Below, piece after piece: positions 60,832 to 64,000 of a DNA stretch of 64,000 bases. Position numbers and translations under genes: made by a program. The stretch is from positions 2,418,001-2,482,000 of the forward strand of contig JBLDXI010000003.1 of NCBI GenBank assembly GCA_047495785.1, in the 5' to 3' direction. How positions within the stretch are numbered: the stretch's first letter is position 1; every line of letters begins with the position of its first letter. The stretch comes from Lepidodermella squamata. Lineage: Eukaryota > Animalia > Gastrotricha. The notes below the pieces were generated by a model. The model was given only the letters and a program-made list of their open reading frames with translations, was not told the origin of the DNA and searched no databases.

Positions 60832-61992
60832 CGGTGTATTCCCACTTGCGCATTACCACTTGCGCATTCCCCTTTGCGCACGAGCTGATAGAATAAATAG
60901 TCGCAGTTGCGCATTCCCCTTTCCGCACGGCCAAATTAATTATAATATAATATGCCACCTTAAGGGTTATTTGACAAATCCTGTTAAAAGAGGCTAGATC
61001 AAGAGCAAGGCAATCCATCTAATAAATTACGCCTCATCAGTTACTAGTGTTGCTATGTTTTGTTGTCGTATTTTACATCCACGAGGTCTACGAGAATCGC
61101 TCCACATCGAAATTACCACTTAAAACCGTCACCTGTGGGGTAATCGACCCCGCTCTTTCCAATGGCCGAACGGTAAGCTCGAAAACCGGCGACCCTATTA
61201 GGCATAACTCATTTTTTGATCCCTGAGGAATTGTGAAACCGGGTTTTCAAATTTAGGCGACCAGTTTAGCCGTTTTCAAATTGTTTCAGATCGAGATGAG
61301 CAGGTAACAAATCCGTCAAAAGTCATTTGAAAAATGAATGAATTTCGAAATTTTGAAAATTTCGATACTAGGTATGACCAAAGTAGCCACGGTTGACTAG
61401 GACCAGACTGCTGAGCCGCGCTTATTCCGTATTTTCCCTCTCTAGCAGCTCTAGCTAGCTCTAGCTAGCCCTCTCTAACAGGTGAGTTACCCGGCTGTTG
61501 GGTGACGAAAAATTTAAGTCGAACGGATTTTGAGGCGGCCAATTAGCTGATATCACGGTGAGAAGAGCACGAAGTGTCAAAGAACTAGACACTATTAGCT
61601 ATTAACAATAGCCGATAGATTTCGATTTAAGAACAGCGCTCATTAGTCAGTAGTAATGATGGTGTCGGCGTTTATTGCCCGTTTTCTTGCTAATTTTACC
61701 TTAGCTGTAGCTCTACGTCGTTTTAGAGGTATTATCTGATACTTGAGTGCTGCCAAAGAGTGCTGCTAATGCTGTTGATCTAACGGATTAAGCAGGTGTC
61801 ACATATAGGAACAGAAAACATGTGGTGACTTTTCGTAGAGGCGTGCGCGCGATTAACAAAATTCGCTAATTCGCTCGTGTTGTTATTATTATTAATTATT
61901 ATTAACGCGTGCGCAAAGGGGAATGCGCAACTGGGAAATTTCGTGCGCAAAGGGGAATGCGCAAGTGGTAATGCGCAAGTGGGCATGATCCG
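60832..61992. mobile_element. Non-autonomous DNA transposon (1161 bp)
   Basis: CGG...CCG termini, TIRs made of CCCACTTGCGCAT / TTGCGCATTCCCCTTT subrepeats, flanked by a 6-bp direct repeat TTTATT (60826-60831, 61993-61998). Confidence 0.75.
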
Positions 61993-62425
61993 TTTATTCC
62001 GACTTAGCGGTTTTCCGTTATTTGCTATAATCATCTTCGTGGATTAATTTCTTAATTTAATTTACTTTTCTGATTTAATTTATGAACTAATCCCTGAAAA
62101 TGGTTATAGCAAGTAACCGAAACGTCGGAACAAACGCGTTCATTTTTGCTAACAAGACCTGCTTCAGTTAGAATTATTATAGTTTCTCCAAAATCATAGA
62201 TCGCGGATTCCAGCTAACTGATTATATTTTCAGTTAATCTAAGAATTCATCTTGAAGTACTGGAATTTTCTGGCGAAATTATGGAATGTCAAGGTTCTGA
62301 AAAGATTTCGAAAAGTATACCACGTAAAATATGCATTTTTCCGGATTTTAATTCAATCTCAATATCATATAATATTATAATCATTGAAAACGAGACAATA
62401 TAAGTCCTTTGAAAGCATTCTGAGT

Positions 62426-63096
62426 TTAGTTGGAGGTGCTGACCGACTTGCTGTACGAGTACGAGCCCTTGCTGGCCTTGCGACCGCCGAAGTTGTGGCC
62501 CCACTTGTTTCCAAAGTTGTGACCGTACTTGTTGCCGAAATTATGGCCGTACTTGTTTCCGAACTTGTGACCCCATTTGTTGCCGAAATTGTGGCCGTAG
62601 TTGTTGCCAAAGTTGTGGCCCCACTTGCCGACCTTCTTGCCGTGGTTCTTGCCATAACGGCGAGCACCGAATCGGTTGTTGCGCTTGCCATGACGAGCAC
62701 CCGAGGACGAGGCGGACCTCGAGTAGGAGCCGCCGAAACGTTTGTTCTTGCCGAAACGGTTGCCCGAGAAGGAGGCGGACTTGGAGTACGAAACAGAGAC
62801 TGACTTGGAGTAGGATCCGCGGCGCTTGTTCATCTTGCGGTTGTTCTTGCCGTGGCGCTTCTTCGGGGCGTAGACACCCTTCTTGGCGAAAGCCGCATTG
62901 TTCTCGTACGATCGGCTAACCGAGAGGCTGGTCTTTTTCGAGTAACGGCGGTTCAGCTCGTTTGACTCGAATTTGTAGACCGTAGCATTGGCATGAGCTG
63001 GAAAATTGTGTAATTAATTTCATTGAACCAGATCTTAATTCTAGCCTTACCAATGCCCAACAGGACGACAGCGGCGATAGCGAGGGAGAAGCGCAT
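62426..63096 (-). CDS. Secreted cationic protein S5 with (K/N)(W/Y)GH(N/K)FGN octapeptide repeats (exons 63096-63051, 62997-62426)
   Basis: Signal MRFSLAIAAVVLLGI|AHANA; shares the KMNKRRGSYSKSVSVSYSKS core and SKSVSxSN terminus with S1/S2. Confidence 0.88.
62488..62628 (-). repeat. 24-bp coding tandem repeat, ~6 copies
   Basis: Encodes KWGHNFGN-NYGHNFGN-KWGHKFGN-KYGHNFGN-KYGHNFGN-KWGHNFGG. Confidence 0.9.
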
Positions 63097-63393
63097 TTTC
63101 AAATCGAATTTGTAGATGAATAAATATCAGAAGGAAATATCAGCTGATGATTTCATGTATTTTGAGGGTCTGGTTTATATACCATGTTTGCAGTAATTAG
63201 CGCTTCATTAAACTTCGTGGCCAATAAGCTTCATTTGGTGTTCTAATTTTCGAACGATTGTTTATCTATACTGCTAATGAGAACACTGACCCGGAGGATT
63301 TACAGTATAAAATCTGCCGAATTCTCCCGATCAACATCATCAACAGCCATTCCTTCGAATTTCAAAATAAATTGTTCTAGAAAATCTATCAAT
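63097..63393. promoter_or_regulatory. Compact bidirectional promoter region between S5 and S6
   Basis: Minus-strand CATGGTATATAAA (~63186-63174) and plus-strand TATAAAA (63306-63312), each followed ~25-30 nt later by ATCATCA; TAATT motifs in between. Confidence 0.6.
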
Positions 63394-63947
63394 ATGCGCT
63401 TCTCCCTCGCTGTCGCTGCCGTTGTTCTGTTGGGCATTGGTAAGGCGATGTCTAAGCTCTCATTCAATTTAATCATTTCACAATTTTCCTAACTAGACTA
63501 GAGATCTAAGCTCGGATTTCACTATCATTTCACAATTTTTCAGCTTATGCCAATGCTACGGTTTACAAATTCGAGTCTAACGAGTTGAACCGCCGTTACT
63601 CGAAAAAGACCAGCCTCTCGGTCAGCCGATCCTACGAGAACAATGTGGCCTTCGCCAAGAAAGGTGTTTACGCCCCGAAAAAATTCGGCCGCAAGATGAA
63701 CAAGCGCCGCGGATCCTTCTCCAAGTCGGTCTCCAAGTCGGTTTCCTACTCCAAGTCTGGCTCTTTCTCGGGTGCTCGCTATGGCAAGAACAACAAGCGA
63801 TTCGGTGGCCGCCGTTATGGAAACAAGCGTCACGGTCGCGGCCGGAAGGGCGGCAAGTTCGGAAACAAGTTCGGCTACAACTTCAACCGAAAGGGCAACA
63901 ACAAGGGCTCGTACTCGTACAGCAAGTCCGTCAGCGCCTCCAACTAA
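63394..63947 (+). CDS. Secreted cationic protein S6, inverted paralog of S5 (exons 63394-63439, 63544-63947)
   Basis: MRFSLAVAAVVLLGI|AYANATVYKFESNELNRRYSKK; ends SKSVSASN. Confidence 0.88.
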
Positions 63948-64000
63948 ACTAAAAAATGAGCTTCCAAAGGACTCAAAATAATCTTTTGCAATGAAATTGG

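Noticed and set aside
62488-62628. CRISPR-like regular repeat
   Set aside because: No spacers; it is an in-frame coding tandem repeat in a eukaryotic gene.
55422-62803. Ala/Val/Leu-rich plus-strand ORFs opposite S1-S5
   Set aside because: Antisense shadows of codon-biased minus-strand genes, which have the signal exons and TATA boxes.

Overview
Eukaryotic, most likely animal, AT-rich genomic DNA with short (~45-150 nt) GT-AG introns; no prokaryotic features, rRNA or CRISPR. Three blocks. (1) 1-14.7 kb: a nest of transposons, comprising MULE remnants, an intact and very young Ty3/Gypsy LTR retrotransposon (5380-12695; 574-bp LTRs, AGCCC TSD, tRNA-Gly PBS, -1 gag/pol frameshift, tandem protease domains) inserted into a MULE transposase, and a deleted Helitron carrying a MITE. 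(2) 1.3-48.5 kb: a head-to-tail minus-strand array of 11 paralogous multi-exon genes encoding RING + B-box-like zinc finger + coiled coil. Nine of them end in a single ankyrin-repeat exon (~1 kb; truncated in one copy), giving TRIM-like E3 ligases with an ankyrin C-terminus. The array shows pseudogenes, uneven divergence between exons and variable ankyrin loops, and is the best candidate for an undescribed system (a diversifying ubiquitin-ligase or immune-receptor array). (3) 51.6-64 kb: an intronless alanine aminotransferase, a DxD glycosyltransferase-like gene, and six two-exon genes plus one fragment for secreted, highly cationic, low-complexity proteins with Ser/Ala beta-type blocks and shared promoter motifs (candidate fibre, adhesive or antimicrobial secretion locus). 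Exon boundaries were read by eye; '~' marks approximate positions.
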